Of a stretch of DNA of 64,000 nt, positions 35,539 to 44,546 are shown in pieces. How positions within the stretch are numbered: the stretch's first letter is position 1; each line of letters opens with the position of its first letter. The stretch is taken from assembly GCA_021399395.1 (NCBI GenBank), contig JAAFKJ010000115.1:2364-66363 (forward strand), read 5' to 3'. A program made the position numbers and the translations under genes. The notes under the pieces are model-generated. The model was not told where the DNA came from and made no database searches. It was given only the letters and a program-made list of their open reading frames with translations. The DNA is from Candidatus Heimdallarchaeota archaeon. Lineage in GTDB: Archaea > Asgardarchaeota > Heimdallarchaeia > Heimdallarchaeales > Heimdallarchaeaceae.

Positions 35539-36824
35539 TTATTTTCACCGACTTTGGGGATGGCAATTTTCCCTTCAATTGCTGTCGCTGCAGCTATTGC
35601 TGGGCTTGCTAAATAAACATCCGCTGGACCGATTTTTCCTTGTGTATTGCGGTTGCCAGTTGTTAAGGTAACAGCTGTTTTTCCACCTGTTAACCCATAT
35701 TGACCTTTTGCACAAGTTGAACAACCTGCACCAAAGAAGTTGCCACCAGCTTCTAGAATTACTGTCATATCTCCATCAGCATTTATTTCAACAAAATCTT
35801 CTCTGGTTGCTGGAACGATACCGAATCTTACATTAGGGTTGATTTGAGAGCCTTTGAGTACTTTTGCAACTTCATGAATGTCATCGGCACTGCCGTTTGT
35901 ACAGGAACCAATTATGATTGAATTTATCGGGGTTCCCAAAACATCTTCTATGGGCTTAACATTATGTGGGTGAGGCGGACAGGCAATGTATAATCCTAAA
36001 TTATCTATGTTGATTGTAAGCTCAGAATCATAATTTGCATTATCATCTCCAGCCAATAACTCTATGTTAATGTTAAACTGTTTATAATATTCTGCAGTTA
36101 CTTCATCAGCTGGAACAAATCCTATCATACCAGAAGCTTCTGTAATTAGTGAACATAATGTCACACGGTCTTCAATTGAAAGTTCCGAGATTATATCACC
36201 ACTGAACTCAACGGCTTTTCCAGTGATCCCATGTTCATGAAGTTCCTTTAAAACGTATAATGCTAAATCTTTGGAAGTAGTGGGCCATGTGTATCTGCCT
36301 TCTAGTTTAATCTTTACAGTTTCAGGAATTTTTATCCAAGATTTGCCTGTTTTGAAGGCAAAAGATAACATTACGTCTCCTGCTCCTTGACCAAGAATAC
36401 CTAATGCGCCTAGTATATTATAATGGCTATCCGCACCAATAACCATGTTCCCTGGTTTTGAAAAACCTCTTCTAAATAGTAGATGAGAGCCAATACCCGA
36501 TCCTAAATCTGTAACTTTAATCTGGTGTTCCTTTGCAAATACGCGAATCTTTTCTTGATCTTTAGCGTGCTTTGGATCATTTCCATACGGATAACAATCT
36601 GGTGTAAAAATTATTTTGTCGCTATCAAATGTTTTTGAGCCAGGATAGTGCTTTTGAAATAAATCGATAACTTGAGGACCCGCGTAATCTCTTGCTGTAA
36701 CTAAATCTACATTTACCCATACAATATTACCGGGATAAATATCCTCATCTGAAGCCTCTGTGTGCTTTCTAATAATCTTCTCTATTAGCGTAAGCCCCTT
36801 CATTTTCCTCAAATTCACCAACAT
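35535..36824 (-). CDS. Aconitase-family large subunit (LeuC/HacA-like)
   Basis: 'GADSHYN', 'GSCTNGSADD' and 'GCSTCAKG'. There is a 4-nt overlap with the small subunit. An alternative ATG at 36803 gives 'MKGLTLIEKII'. Confidence 0.85.
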   Translation of the reverse strand: MLVNLRKMKGLTLIEKIIRKHTEASDEDIYPGNIVWVNVDLVTARDYAGPQVIDLFQKHYPGSKTFDSDKIIFTPDCYPYGNDPKHAKDQEKIRVFAKEHQIKVTDLGSGIGSHLLFRRGFSKPGNMVIGADSHYNILGALGILGQGAGDVMLSFAFKTGKSWIKIPETVKIKLEGRYTWPTTSKDLALYVLKELHEHGITGKAVEFSGDIISELSIEDRVTLCSLITEASGMIGFVPADEVTAEYYKQFNINIELLAGDDNANYDSELTINIDNLGLYIACPPHPHNVKPIEDVLGTPINSIIIGSCTNGSADDIHEVAKVLKGSQINPNVRFGIVPATREDFVEINADGDMTVILEAGGNFFGAGCSTCAKGQYGLTGGKTAVTLTTGNRNTQGKIGPADVYLASPAIAAATAIEGKIAIPKVGENK

Positions 36825-36914
36825 GAAAATAAGTAATAAACATATCTCTATGTGTTTATACTAACTATTACTTGAAAATAAATAAAAAGAAGGAAAAATG
36901 TAAACCGTTTACAT

Positions 36915-38042
36915 TTATTTTAATTTTTCACAGATTGCATCAGCCATTTCAGTAGTTTTTGCATCTCCACCCATATCATATGTTCGAACTTTTCCTTCAG
37001 CAATAACAGCTGCTACTGCATCTTCAATTTTGTTAGCCATCACTTTTTCTCCAAGCCAGTCTAACATCATTTTAGCTGATAAAATCTGTGCTATGGGATT
37101 AACTTTGTTTTGACCTACATATTTTGGAGCTGATCCATGGCTGGGCTCAAAAACTGCAAAGTTGTCACCAATGTTTCCTGAACAAGCAAACCCTAAACCA
37201 CCAACTAACTGAGCACATAAATCGGAAACAATATCACCAAACATGTTGGAAGAGACTAAAACACCATAATTCTGTGGATTCTTAACTAACCACATGCACA
37301 TGGCATCAATATTGGTTTCCCAGAGTTCTTTCCCTTCATAATCTTGGATGAGTTTGCGTGCTTCTCTAATCATCAAACCAGAAGTTTCACGAATCACGTT
37401 TGGTTTTTCAACAACAGTAATTGTAGGATAATCATACTCCTTTGCGTAATCCATACTAGCTTTCAAAATTCTTTGGACACCTTTTCGAGTGAAAATTCTT
37501 GTAGAAATAGCAACATCATTCAAATTTGCATCTGCAAAACGTTTAGCTTTAGGGTTATTTTCTATTAAACAATTCATTACCTCTTCTGGTACGGGATGAA
37601 ATTCTATCCCAACATAAAGACCCTCAGTATTCTCTCGAAACACTACTAAATCTAAATCATCTCGGAAATTTAATGGGTTGCCTGGATAAGCTTTGCATGG
37701 ACGTAAATTTACGTACAAATCAAATAACTGCCTTAATTTAACAATTGGGCTAGAATACACTAATCCTTTTTCTTGTAGTTCTGGAGCTAATTCCTTCTGT
37801 GCTTCTTCTTTTGGCTTAGAAGTAATAGCTGAGAATAAACAACAATCTGAATTTTTGAGTAACTCTATTGTTCGATCAGGTAGAGGATTTCCTTCCGTCT
37901 TCCAGAATTCCCATCCAATATCACCATAGGTATATTCTGCCATTTCACTAAATCCAACAGCATCTAAAACTTTCATTGTTGCCTCTGTGACATCTACTCC
38001 GATACCATCTCCAGGTAAAACTGCGATTTTATACTTCTTCAT
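36915..38042 (-). CDS. Isocitrate/isopropylmalate/homoisocitrate dehydrogenase family enzyme
   Basis: 'IAVLPGDGIG', 'LRQLFDLYVNLRP', 'NMFGDIVSD' and 'EPSHGSAP' motifs. Substrate cannot be deduced by eye. Confidence 0.85.
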   Translation of the reverse strand: MKKYKIAVLPGDGIGVDVTEATMKVLDAVGFSEMAEYTYGDIGWEFWKTEGNPLPDRTIELLKNSDCCLFSAITSKPKEEAQKELAPELQEKGLVYSSPIVKLRQLFDLYVNLRPCKAYPGNPLNFRDDLDLVVFRENTEGLYVGIEFHPVPEEVMNCLIENNPKAKRFADANLNDVAISTRIFTRKGVQRILKASMDYAKEYDYPTITVVEKPNVIRETSGLMIREARKLIQDYEGKELWETNIDAMCMWLVKNPQNYGVLVSSNMFGDIVSDLCAQLVGGLGFACSGNIGDNFAVFEPSHGSAPKYVGQNKVNPIAQILSAKMMLDWLGEKVMANKIEDAVAAVIAEGKVRTYDMGGDAKTTEMADAICEKLK

Positions 38043-38069
38043 TATTATACACCTTTCTAAAAATCTACA

Positions 38070-38633
38070 TTAATTTTCTTCAAATATTTTCTTTATTGGG
38101 GAAAAACAAAGGAAATCAACACGGTGGATTATATCTACTTCTGGTAATCGATTAATCTTATCACCTTCTTTACTGTGGAATACAATAGCCTGTCTTACAA
38201 TAATAGGTAAATTGAATTCGCTTACTAATTCCAAACCCATTGCTGGGTGACGAATGCGGTTTCCTTCCAAAGTTTGAAATATTTTTCCTGATGAATCCCT
38301 TTCATATTCTGTGAATTTACCAACATCATGAAGTAAGGCTCCTGCAATTAACTCATCTCGATTCAATTTGTCTCCTAATCCCAAGTTAGAATATGTTTCA
38401 TATGTGGCAATGCACATTTGTGTCACAGCTCTAATATGATCAACCAAACTGATTTTTGCTACCTGGTCTTCTAATATTAGATCAGGAATTAAAAGTGTAG
38501 CAGGTATAAACTTAAAATCTTCATCAGCCCAACCACCAAGTTTAATTGCTTTTTTAAGAGATTTGGTTACTTTTTCACGTAACTCCTTATCATTAATTTC
38601 ATTAAGTTCTGGAAATAATTTTGTAATATCCAT
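38070..38633 (-). CDS. HD-domain phosphohydrolase
   Basis: 'H...ALLHDVGK' H-HD motif. ATG at 38633, with the track's TTG at 38657 also possible. Confidence 0.75.
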   Translation of the reverse strand: MDITKLFPELNEINDKELREKVTKSLKKAIKLGGWADEDFKFIPATLLIPDLILEDQVAKISLVDHIRAVTQMCIATYETYSNLGLGDKLNRDELIAGALLHDVGKFTEYERDSSGKIFQTLEGNRIRHPAMGLELVSEFNLPIIVRQAIVFHSKEGDKINRLPEVDIIHRVDFLCFSPIKKIFEEN

Positions 38634-38737
38634 TATTATACCCCGGTTTGTTTTCAATCTTAACGAATAGATTGTTATTGGTACCTCACAACCATTAGTA
38701 ATATATTATTTTCTGTATGTAGTGTGAGGTTGAATAA

Positions 38738-39124
38738 CTAAACATATCCAAAAAGAGACAATCTGTTTTTTCCATGGAGGGAGATGACAGCAATTCCTTT
38801 TTCTCTGAGAGTTAATCTAAGTTCTCTATCGTTGGTAGCTACAATTGCCTTGTGTTCTAGTGCTAAACGGAGAATTTCTTCATCGGTATGAATTTTCTCT
38901 TGTGATTCTAAAATGGAGTAATTTTGTGCAAGATTAAGTGCAAAATTTGCTTTTCTCGTAGTTACACTACTAGAACTCCTAAGCAGTTCAGTTAATTCAT
39001 TAATAACAATTTTAGGAACAACAATCTCATATGATTGAGTAATAATTCGTTCAATTTCAGACGATAGATTAATTCTCTTTTCTAAAGGAAGCATCAGCAT
39101 ACTTGAATCAAGAATGATGAGCAT
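38738..39124 (-). CDS. PIN-domain ribonuclease (small archaeal PIN encoded next to aIF2-gamma)
   Basis: N-terminal 'IILDSS' acidic motif and later 'ATND'. 128 aa. Starts 18 nt after the aIF2-gamma stop. Confidence 0.7.
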   Translation of the reverse strand: MLIILDSSMLMLPLEKRINLSSEIERIITQSYEIVVPKIVINELTELLRSSSSVTTRKANFALNLAQNYSILESQEKIHTDEEILRLALEHKAIVATNDRELRLTLREKGIAVISLHGKNRLSLFGYV

Positions 39125-39142
39125 TCAATCCTCTCTCGTGAT

Positions 39143-40414
39143 CTAATCCTTAATAGAGCCAACACCAATCAACCTAAAGCGACCAGCAATTCTTCTTGAA
39201 ATTGCTACTTTGCTTTGAGTACTTGCTGCAACCTCTCTATTAAGTTTAATTTTTACGTCTTCCCCTTTGATTTCAGTTATTGATCCTGCTGTTTTTGCGG
39301 TTCCAACATTTAGCATTAAGGTTTCTCCTTGAGCTAATGGTTGCACTTTTGTTATTTCTTCTGAACCAACAACAAATTCCATAAGACGAACAGTTAATGC
39401 AAGTTCCGTACGAACTGGAGGGGTATTATTGGGTGTTGTAACTATATTACCTGACATTTTATCGGCTTTTAAAAATGAAGGATCTAATTCAGTTCCTATA
39501 GATACTAATCCTCCTGAATGTGCGCTGTCAACTAGACCTTGTTCACCTATTGAAATACTAACCACTTTAGTTTTGATTGGAGTATAAACAGTTTTATTAC
39601 CCTTTTTGATAGCAATACCAGGCACTATTTCGATATCTTCTCCCTTTGTAACCTGTCCTCTAATTATAGTTCCCCCAAGAGCTCCTCCCCTAATTTTCTC
39701 GGGTTTGGTTCCTGGACGATTAATATCAAATGATCGTGCAACATGCATTTCTAAGGGGCTTTCAATATCAGAATCGGGAGTTGGTATGTTTTTCTCAATT
39801 TCACAAATTAAAACATCTAGATTAGCACTATGCATTGCGCTGATAGGTATGATCGGTGCATTTTCTGCAATGGTTCCCTTGATGAAATCCTTAATCTCTT
39901 GATAATTTCTTTGAGCTTCTTCTTCTGTTACCAATTCGATTTTATTTTGAACGACTACTATGTTAGGTATTTGAAGAATCTCCATTGCTGCAAGATGTTC
40001 TCTTGTTTGTGGTTGTGGGCACCTTGAATTAGCTGCAACAAGCAAGATAGCACCATTCATAAGAGTTGCACCAGAGAGTAATGTAGCCATTAATACTTCG
40101 TGTCCAGGGCAGTCGACAAAAGATACCCTTCTAAGAAATTTGGAAGGTGTTCCACATTTTGGACACTTTTCTTCTATTGTATATGCTTCTGGATCTGGAC
40201 ATTTAGGGCATTTACGGAATTCTGTATCAGCATAGCCTAAACGTATGGAAATTCCTCTCTTCAATTCTTCAGAGTGGTCATCTGGAAATTTACCAGTAAG
40301 TGCTTGTACGAGGGTAGACTTACCGTTATCTACGTGCCCTATTGTACCTATGTTGACAACTGGTTGTCTGATTGTCTTTTCTTTCTTTTTTTCAGGAGAA
40401 TCTGCTTGGCTCAT
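39143..40414 (-). CDS. eif2g: Translation initiation factor aIF2 gamma subunit
   Basis: 'GHVDNGKST', 'DCPGH', 'QNKIE' and the zinc knuckle 'CPKCPDP...CPKCG'. Confidence 0.95.
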   Translation of the reverse strand: MSQADSPEKKKEKTIRQPVVNIGTIGHVDNGKSTLVQALTGKFPDDHSEELKRGISIRLGYADTEFRKCPKCPDPEAYTIEEKCPKCGTPSKFLRRVSFVDCPGHEVLMATLLSGATLMNGAILLVAANSRCPQPQTREHLAAMEILQIPNIVVVQNKIELVTEEEAQRNYQEIKDFIKGTIAENAPIIPISAMHSANLDVLICEIEKNIPTPDSDIESPLEMHVARSFDINRPGTKPEKIRGGALGGTIIRGQVTKGEDIEIVPGIAIKKGNKTVYTPIKTKVVSISIGEQGLVDSAHSGGLVSIGTELDPSFLKADKMSGNIVTTPNNTPPVRTELALTVRLMEFVVGSEEITKVQPLAQGETLMLNVGTAKTAGSITEIKGEDVKIKLNREVAASTQSKVAISRRIAGRFRLIGVGSIKD

Positions 40415-40627
40415 TAATTTTTCCTCAATACTGATATCTTCGTTGAATTTTCTATCTTCTCTGCGTATTAATGGTTATTCATTAAACACAATTTTGTGCT
40501 ATATTCTTCTATCAAAAACCTTGCGCTCAAATAATTTTAATGTAATTTCAAAAAATCCACCATTTATCAAGATTTTATTGGGTTTTAGTGAAAGAACCTT
40601 AAGAAAAAAATATTTGATATAACTATC

Positions 40628-40637
40628 TTTAAAAATA
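40628..40637 (+). promoter_or_regulatory. Candidate TATA box for the rpoE'-spt4-S24e-S27ae operon
   Basis: 'tttaaaaata' lies ~46 nt upstream of the TTG start at 40683, in the divergent intergenic region. Confidence 0.3.
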
Positions 40638-40682
40638 ATGGCAAAGAACCAGCAATGAAGAAGAAAGAGAGATGACCTTATC

Positions 40683-41261
40683 TTGTATTATGGTGTTAAA
40701 GTAAAAGATACACTTCGTGTCCCCCCAAATAGGTTTGATGAAGATCTTTCCCAAGTTTTAGCAGAAATTGCCAGAGAAAGCTTTGAGGGAAAAATTGATC
40801 CAGATCTGGGTTTCATAGTTGCTGTAACTGAGATAAACAAAATCTATCAAGGAAAACTCATTTCAGGTGATGGTGGTGCATATTATGAAACAGATTTCGG
40901 ATTATTATGCTATTTACCAGAAATCGATGAAATAGTATCTGGTGAAGTTGTTGAGTGTGTAGATTTTGGTGCATTTATTAGAATTGGAACAATTGATGCC
41001 CTTTGTCATGTTTCTCAAATCGCAGATGATTATTTCAGATATATACCAAAGAACGCCTTATTAAGGGGAGATAAATCCAAACTAGATTTACTTATTAATA
41101 CAAAGGTTAGAGCTAGAGTTATAGCAGTAAGTATAGGGAAAACTGCTATACGTGTTGGTCTTACTATGAGACAAGACGCTCTTGGTGCAATTGATTGGAT
41201 AGAAGAGTGGAAGAAGGGCGGACCAAAAGACTCAACAAAAGTTGCAGAGGAGGCTTCATAA
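40683..41261 (+). CDS. rpoE: RNA polymerase subunit Rpo7 (RpoE')
   Basis: 'MYYGVKVKDTLRVPPNRF' N-terminus and a C-terminal S1 domain. TTG start. Confidence 0.9.
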   Translation: MYYGVKVKDTLRVPPNRFDEDLSQVLAEIARESFEGKIDPDLGFIVAVTEINKIYQGKLISGDGGAYYETDFGLLCYLPEIDEIVSGEVVECVDFGAFIRIGTIDALCHVSQIADDYFRYIPKNALLRGDKSKLDLLINTKVRARVIAVSIGKTAIRVGLTMRQDALGAIDWIEEWKKGGPKDSTKVAEEAS

Positions 41262-41262
41262 G

Positions 41263-41451
41263 ATGTCCAAAGCATGTAGAATATGTCATATGATTCATGA
41301 AAAAACTGCAAGTATGTGTACAAATTGCAAAACACAAGATCTTTCTTCTGAATATACTGGAGAGATATTTATTATTAATCCAGAAGAAAGTGATGTTGCT
41401 CAAAGAATGAAAATCAGTAAGAGTGGACATTATGCTTTAAGAGTCCGGTGA
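41263..41451 (+). CDS. spt4: Transcription elongation factor Spt4 (RpoE'')
   Basis: Zinc ribbon 'CRICHMI...CTNC' followed by the NGN-binding tail. The ATG lies 1 nt after the rpoE' stop. Confidence 0.8.
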   Translation: MSKACRICHMIHEKTASMCTNCKTQDLSSEYTGEIFIINPEESDVAQRMKISKSGHYALRVR

Positions 41452-42008
41452 AATCTGTGGATTCTTCTGAAATTGGTTATTTTTTCCTTCCTGAGAATGA
41501 AAGAGAGCATTTCAAACAACCTTTGGATATTTTGTATAAAACTGAATCTGAAGTTCTATCCTTAATTACTAAATTAAAGGAAGACAAATCCATCCCAAAA
41601 ATTATCACAGTAGGGGATGTATGCACTCAAACATTAATTGAGAATTCTCTTGTACCTGATTTGGCAATAATTGATGATTATGTGCAAAGAAAACAATCTC
41701 CATTGGTCGATTTATCACATTTTCAGGTTTTGGAAGCTAAAAATCCTGCGGGGATAATTACTTTTGAAGCTTGGGAAGTGGTTCGTCAAGCAATAAAAAT
41801 AGATGATAACAAAATAATTATAAAAATAACTGGAGAAGAAGATTTACTAGTGCTTCCAGTAATAAGTGAAACACCTTATAATTCAAAAGTCTTATATGGA
41901 CAACCAAATGAAGGATTAGTAGGCGTTACAGTTACAAGGAAAATAAAAACAAAAATCCAAGATTTAATTCAAAAAATGGTGAAGATTAATGAAAATTACA
42001 ATCGTTAA
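41448..42008 (+). CDS. DUF359 protein (family of the archaeal GTP-dependent dephospho-CoA kinase)
   Basis: 'ITVGDVCT' motif. It occupies the conserved position between spt4 and S24e. The GTG start overlaps the spt4 stop. Confidence 0.7.
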   Translation: MKSVDSSEIGYFFLPENEREHFKQPLDILYKTESEVLSLITKLKEDKSIPKIITVGDVCTQTLIENSLVPDLAIIDDYVQRKQSPLVDLSHFQVLEAKNPAGIITFEAWEVVRQAIKIDDNKIIIKITGEEDLLVLPVISETPYNSKVLYGQPNEGLVGVTVTRKIKTKIQDLIQKMVKINENYNR

Positions 42009-42288
42009 CAAAACTGAAAACAAACTTCTTGAAAGAGTAGAATATAAAATAGAGATCGATCACCAAGGTGAAGCAGTTCCTACAAGAGATTCAGTTTTAT
42101 CTAAAATTGCTGCTCAAGTTAATAAAGATAGAAATCAAGTTGTTTTGATTAAAATAGACACTAAATATGGGATTGGTATAAGCAATGCTTTGATTCATGC
42201 TTATGAATCCACTGAAAGAGCTATATTAGTTGAAAAAGAACACATCTGGAAAAGATCTGGACTTAATGAAGAGAAGAAGGAACAGTAG
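41989..42288 (+). CDS. rps24e: Ribosomal protein S24e
   Basis: 'NKLLERVEYKIEIDHQGEAVPTRDSV...' matches the eS24 consensus. Confidence 0.9.
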   Translation: MKITIVNKTENKLLERVEYKIEIDHQGEAVPTRDSVLSKIAAQVNKDRNQVVLIKIDTKYGIGISNALIHAYESTERAILVEKEHIWKRSGLNEEKKEQ

Positions 42289-42297
42289 GGTGAAAAA

Positions 42298-42468
42298 ATG
42301 AGCGAAACACACAAAAAGTACAAAATAGAAGGCGATAAACTTACACGCGTAAAGAAAGTTTGTGAAAGGTGTGGGGATGCCGTTTATATGGCTGAACATC
42401 CTGATAGACAAACTTGTGGTAAATGCGGATTTACTACTTATAAAAGAGGTCGTAAAGTTTCTTCTTAA
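42298..42468 (+). CDS. rps27ae: Ribosomal protein S27ae (eS31), zinc ribbon only
   Basis: Hand-translated 56-aa ORF missing from the track: MSETHKKYKIEGDKLTRVKKVCERCGDAVYMAEHPDRQTCGKCGFTTYKRGRKVSS. It has a C-x2-C...C-x2-C ribbon. Confidence 0.85.
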   Translation: MSETHKKYKIEGDKLTRVKKVCERCGDAVYMAEHPDRQTCGKCGFTTYKRGRKVSS

Positions 42469-42694
42469 TCAATCTTTTTCTAATAGAAAAATTTAAACTT
42501 TGGTAATTTCTATTTTCAAATAGGCGGATGACTGATTGAGACGGCTTAGATGTGCCTTCACACACATGATAGGAAGAACTCAAAGGACGCCCTATTATCT
42601 CTCCTTTTAATATCATGCCCTAACCTAAGAACAAAGGTTTAAATCATAGCTGAATAAATAGCTCACCTAAATAATTGATGAAGGCGTTATACAA

Positions 42695-43174
42695 ATGAAC
42701 CCCGTCGAAATAGAACTTTCAGATAAATTAAATGAGTATATACAGAAGCTTGTAGATGACGGTAATTTTGAATCAACAGAAGCTTTTGCTAAGCATGCGA
42801 TTTACTGGTTAGCAGAATTATATGGTTTTGGAGAACAATATGAAGGAAAAAGCCTAAGCGCTATGATTTCAGAAATAATTGGTTCAAAAGCTCAAGTAAC
42901 TACAAGTGCAGTTCAAGATGTTAAAACAGAAGTAAGAACAGTAGTTAAGGACTTAAAGATACCAAACAAAGATCTCATTCTTGAATCCTACAGTTCATCG
43001 AAATTTATGTATGAAAACGCGATTTTTATAGCCTGCCAATTTGCAGCACAAAAACAAGGAAGTCCTCCTATTTCAAAAGAGGAATTTGCGAAGTCTTTGG
43101 AGCAAATGGAGGAAGCTGGAATTTTATCAAGAATCCAGAAAGGCGAAAAAATTATGTGGAAAAGAAATGAATGA
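42695..43174 (+). CDS. Putative ribbon-helix-helix DNA-binding protein with a C-terminal wHTH-like region
   Basis: N-terminal beta-strand then helix pattern 'VEIELSDKLNEYIQKLVDDGNFESTEAFAKHAI', as in CopG/Arc-type proteins. Confidence 0.45.
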   Translation: MNPVEIELSDKLNEYIQKLVDDGNFESTEAFAKHAIYWLAELYGFGEQYEGKSLSAMISEIIGSKAQVTTSAVQDVKTEVRTVVKDLKIPNKDLILESYSSSKFMYENAIFIACQFAAQKQGSPPISKEEFAKSLEQMEEAGILSRIQKGEKIMWKRNE

Positions 43175-43191
43175 ATATTTTCTTCTTTTTC

Positions 43192-43872
43192 TTAAACCAT
43201 TAAAGCCTGTGCCATCTCTTGCAATACTTCTTTAGGATCTTTAGCTTTTACAAATCCTGAAGCTAATAGGACTCCTTTTGCACCCATCTGTACAGCTTCA
43301 GCAACATCTTGCGAAGTTGTAACACCCGCACCTACAAGAGGTTGCACTGAACTATTCACATTCTTAATAGCTAATAGTGTTTGCTTTACTAACTCAGGTT
43401 TTGTTGTTACAGAAACACCACTACCAATTAACTCTGGTGGTTCCATTGCACATGCAGATGGTTCCAGAGAAGCTATTGCTTTGCTTGTTTGAATATTGTT
43501 TGAACACACACATGTATAGAAATCCAATTTCTTTGCTTTATCGACTATTTTTTCTATATCTGACAATCTTAATCTGTGTTCAGAGTGGTTAACTAAAGAT
43601 CCCGCAACTCCACTCTCTTTTACTGCTTCTAAGAGATTATTTCCTGTATAACTACCAGCATCATTACCGTCAACATGTTGAGCTAAAACAGGTATTTCAA
43701 CTTCTTGCACAATTAAGCCAATATCTACTGTTTGAGGACACACCGCAATTGAAACTCCAGTTTCAAATGCTACACTTTCTGCTATTTTAGAAAGAACTAA
43801 ACCTCTTTTACCTATGGTCTGAGTGTAGTTTTTATAGTTTAAGATTATTATTGGATAAGTGATATCTGACAT
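43192..43872 (-). CDS. tpiA: Triosephosphate isomerase (archaeal short type)
   Basis: 'IILNYKNY', 'VNHSEHR' and 'EPPELIGSG' motifs. Start at 'MSDITYP'. Confidence 0.85.
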   Translation of the reverse strand: MSDITYPIIILNYKNYTQTIGKRGLVLSKIAESVAFETGVSIAVCPQTVDIGLIVQEVEIPVLAQHVDGNDAGSYTGNNLLEAVKESGVAGSLVNHSEHRLRLSDIEKIVDKAKKLDFYTCVCSNNIQTSKAIASLEPSACAMEPPELIGSGVSVTTKPELVKQTLLAIKNVNSSVQPLVGAGVTTSQDVAEAVQMGAKGVLLASGFVKAKDPKEVLQEMAQALMV

Positions 43873-43993
43873 AAAAGAAAAATTCCACGACATATTTAAA
43901 AACATTGCTTAATATAAATTAGTACGGCTACAGCTGTTGAAAGCTTTAAATATATTTAAAGATAAATAATCAATAAGAGATGTCTAAACACAC

Positions 43994-44521
43994 TTGGTGA
44001 TTTACTTGTATGGTGCTGACCAAATTAATACAATTCTTCATGAGATTATAACAAGTGATGCTAATATTAATCATGTAATATTAGCTGATAAAACAGGATT
44101 AACACTAGCTTACTCCTCACGTTTTGCCTTTGATGAGTTTGAAACAGAAGCATTAGGCGCAATAGCTAGTGCAGTTTATTTAGCTAGTGAACAACAAGGA
44201 ACAAACGTTGGTCTGGCGGAACTAGACATTATCATTTCAGAATTTTCCGATGGTCTAATTTTAGTAGCAAGTTGTGGAAGCACTGTTTTGTGTTTGATTA
44301 CTGACACAGGCGTTGCATTGGGCATGGTTAGAAGAACCATGAAAATAGCAGCTGAAAAAATCAGAAACATATTAGATGTTGAAGCTAAACCTGTTATTGT
44401 TCCCGAAACTCAGCCTGCAGTTGCTGCAACTTCACAACCTGTAGTTGCGGAAGAGAAGAAAGTTCAGGATGAGTTTATCTCCGATTTAGAATTAGCATTA
44501 AGGGAATTAGAACAATTCTAG
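43994..44521 (+). CDS. Roadblock/LC7 (MglB-like) domain protein with a P/A/V/E-rich tail
   Basis: 'INHVILADKTGLTLAYSS...ALGAIASAVY...DGLILVASCGSTVLCLITD' follows the Roadblock alpha-beta-alpha pattern. TTG/GTG start. Confidence 0.7.
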   Translation: MVIYLYGADQINTILHEIITSDANINHVILADKTGLTLAYSSRFAFDEFETEALGAIASAVYLASEQQGTNVGLAELDIIISEFSDGLILVASCGSTVLCLITDTGVALGMVRRTMKIAAEKIRNILDVEAKPVIVPETQPAVAATSQPVVAEEKKVQDEFISDLELALRELEQF

Positions 44522-44546
44522 TTCTATTTATTGTGTAGGGTGTTTG

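Noticed and set aside
40245-40622. 125-aa plus-strand ORF spanning the 5' end of aIF2-gamma and the intergenic region
   Set aside because: It is antisense to the highly conserved G-domain start of aIF2-gamma and runs through the promoter region. Its translation is low-complexity.
41030-41430. Two minus-strand ORFs (101 aa, 88 aa) opposite rpoE'/spt4
   Set aside because: They overlap two conserved, translationally coupled genes, and their translations are not protein-like.
42469-42694. Possible structured RNA downstream of S27ae, plus the 60-aa minus-strand ORF at 42434-42616
   Set aside because: Nested stems exist: GGCG...CGCC around 42523-42591 and TTGAG...CTCAA inside it, with GA-rich internal loops reminiscent of a k-turn. 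I could not find canonical C/D (RUGAUGA/CUGA) or H/ACA boxes. Stems of 4-5 bp over ~70 nt are expected by chance. The minus-strand ORF overlaps the S27ae 3' end and looks spurious.
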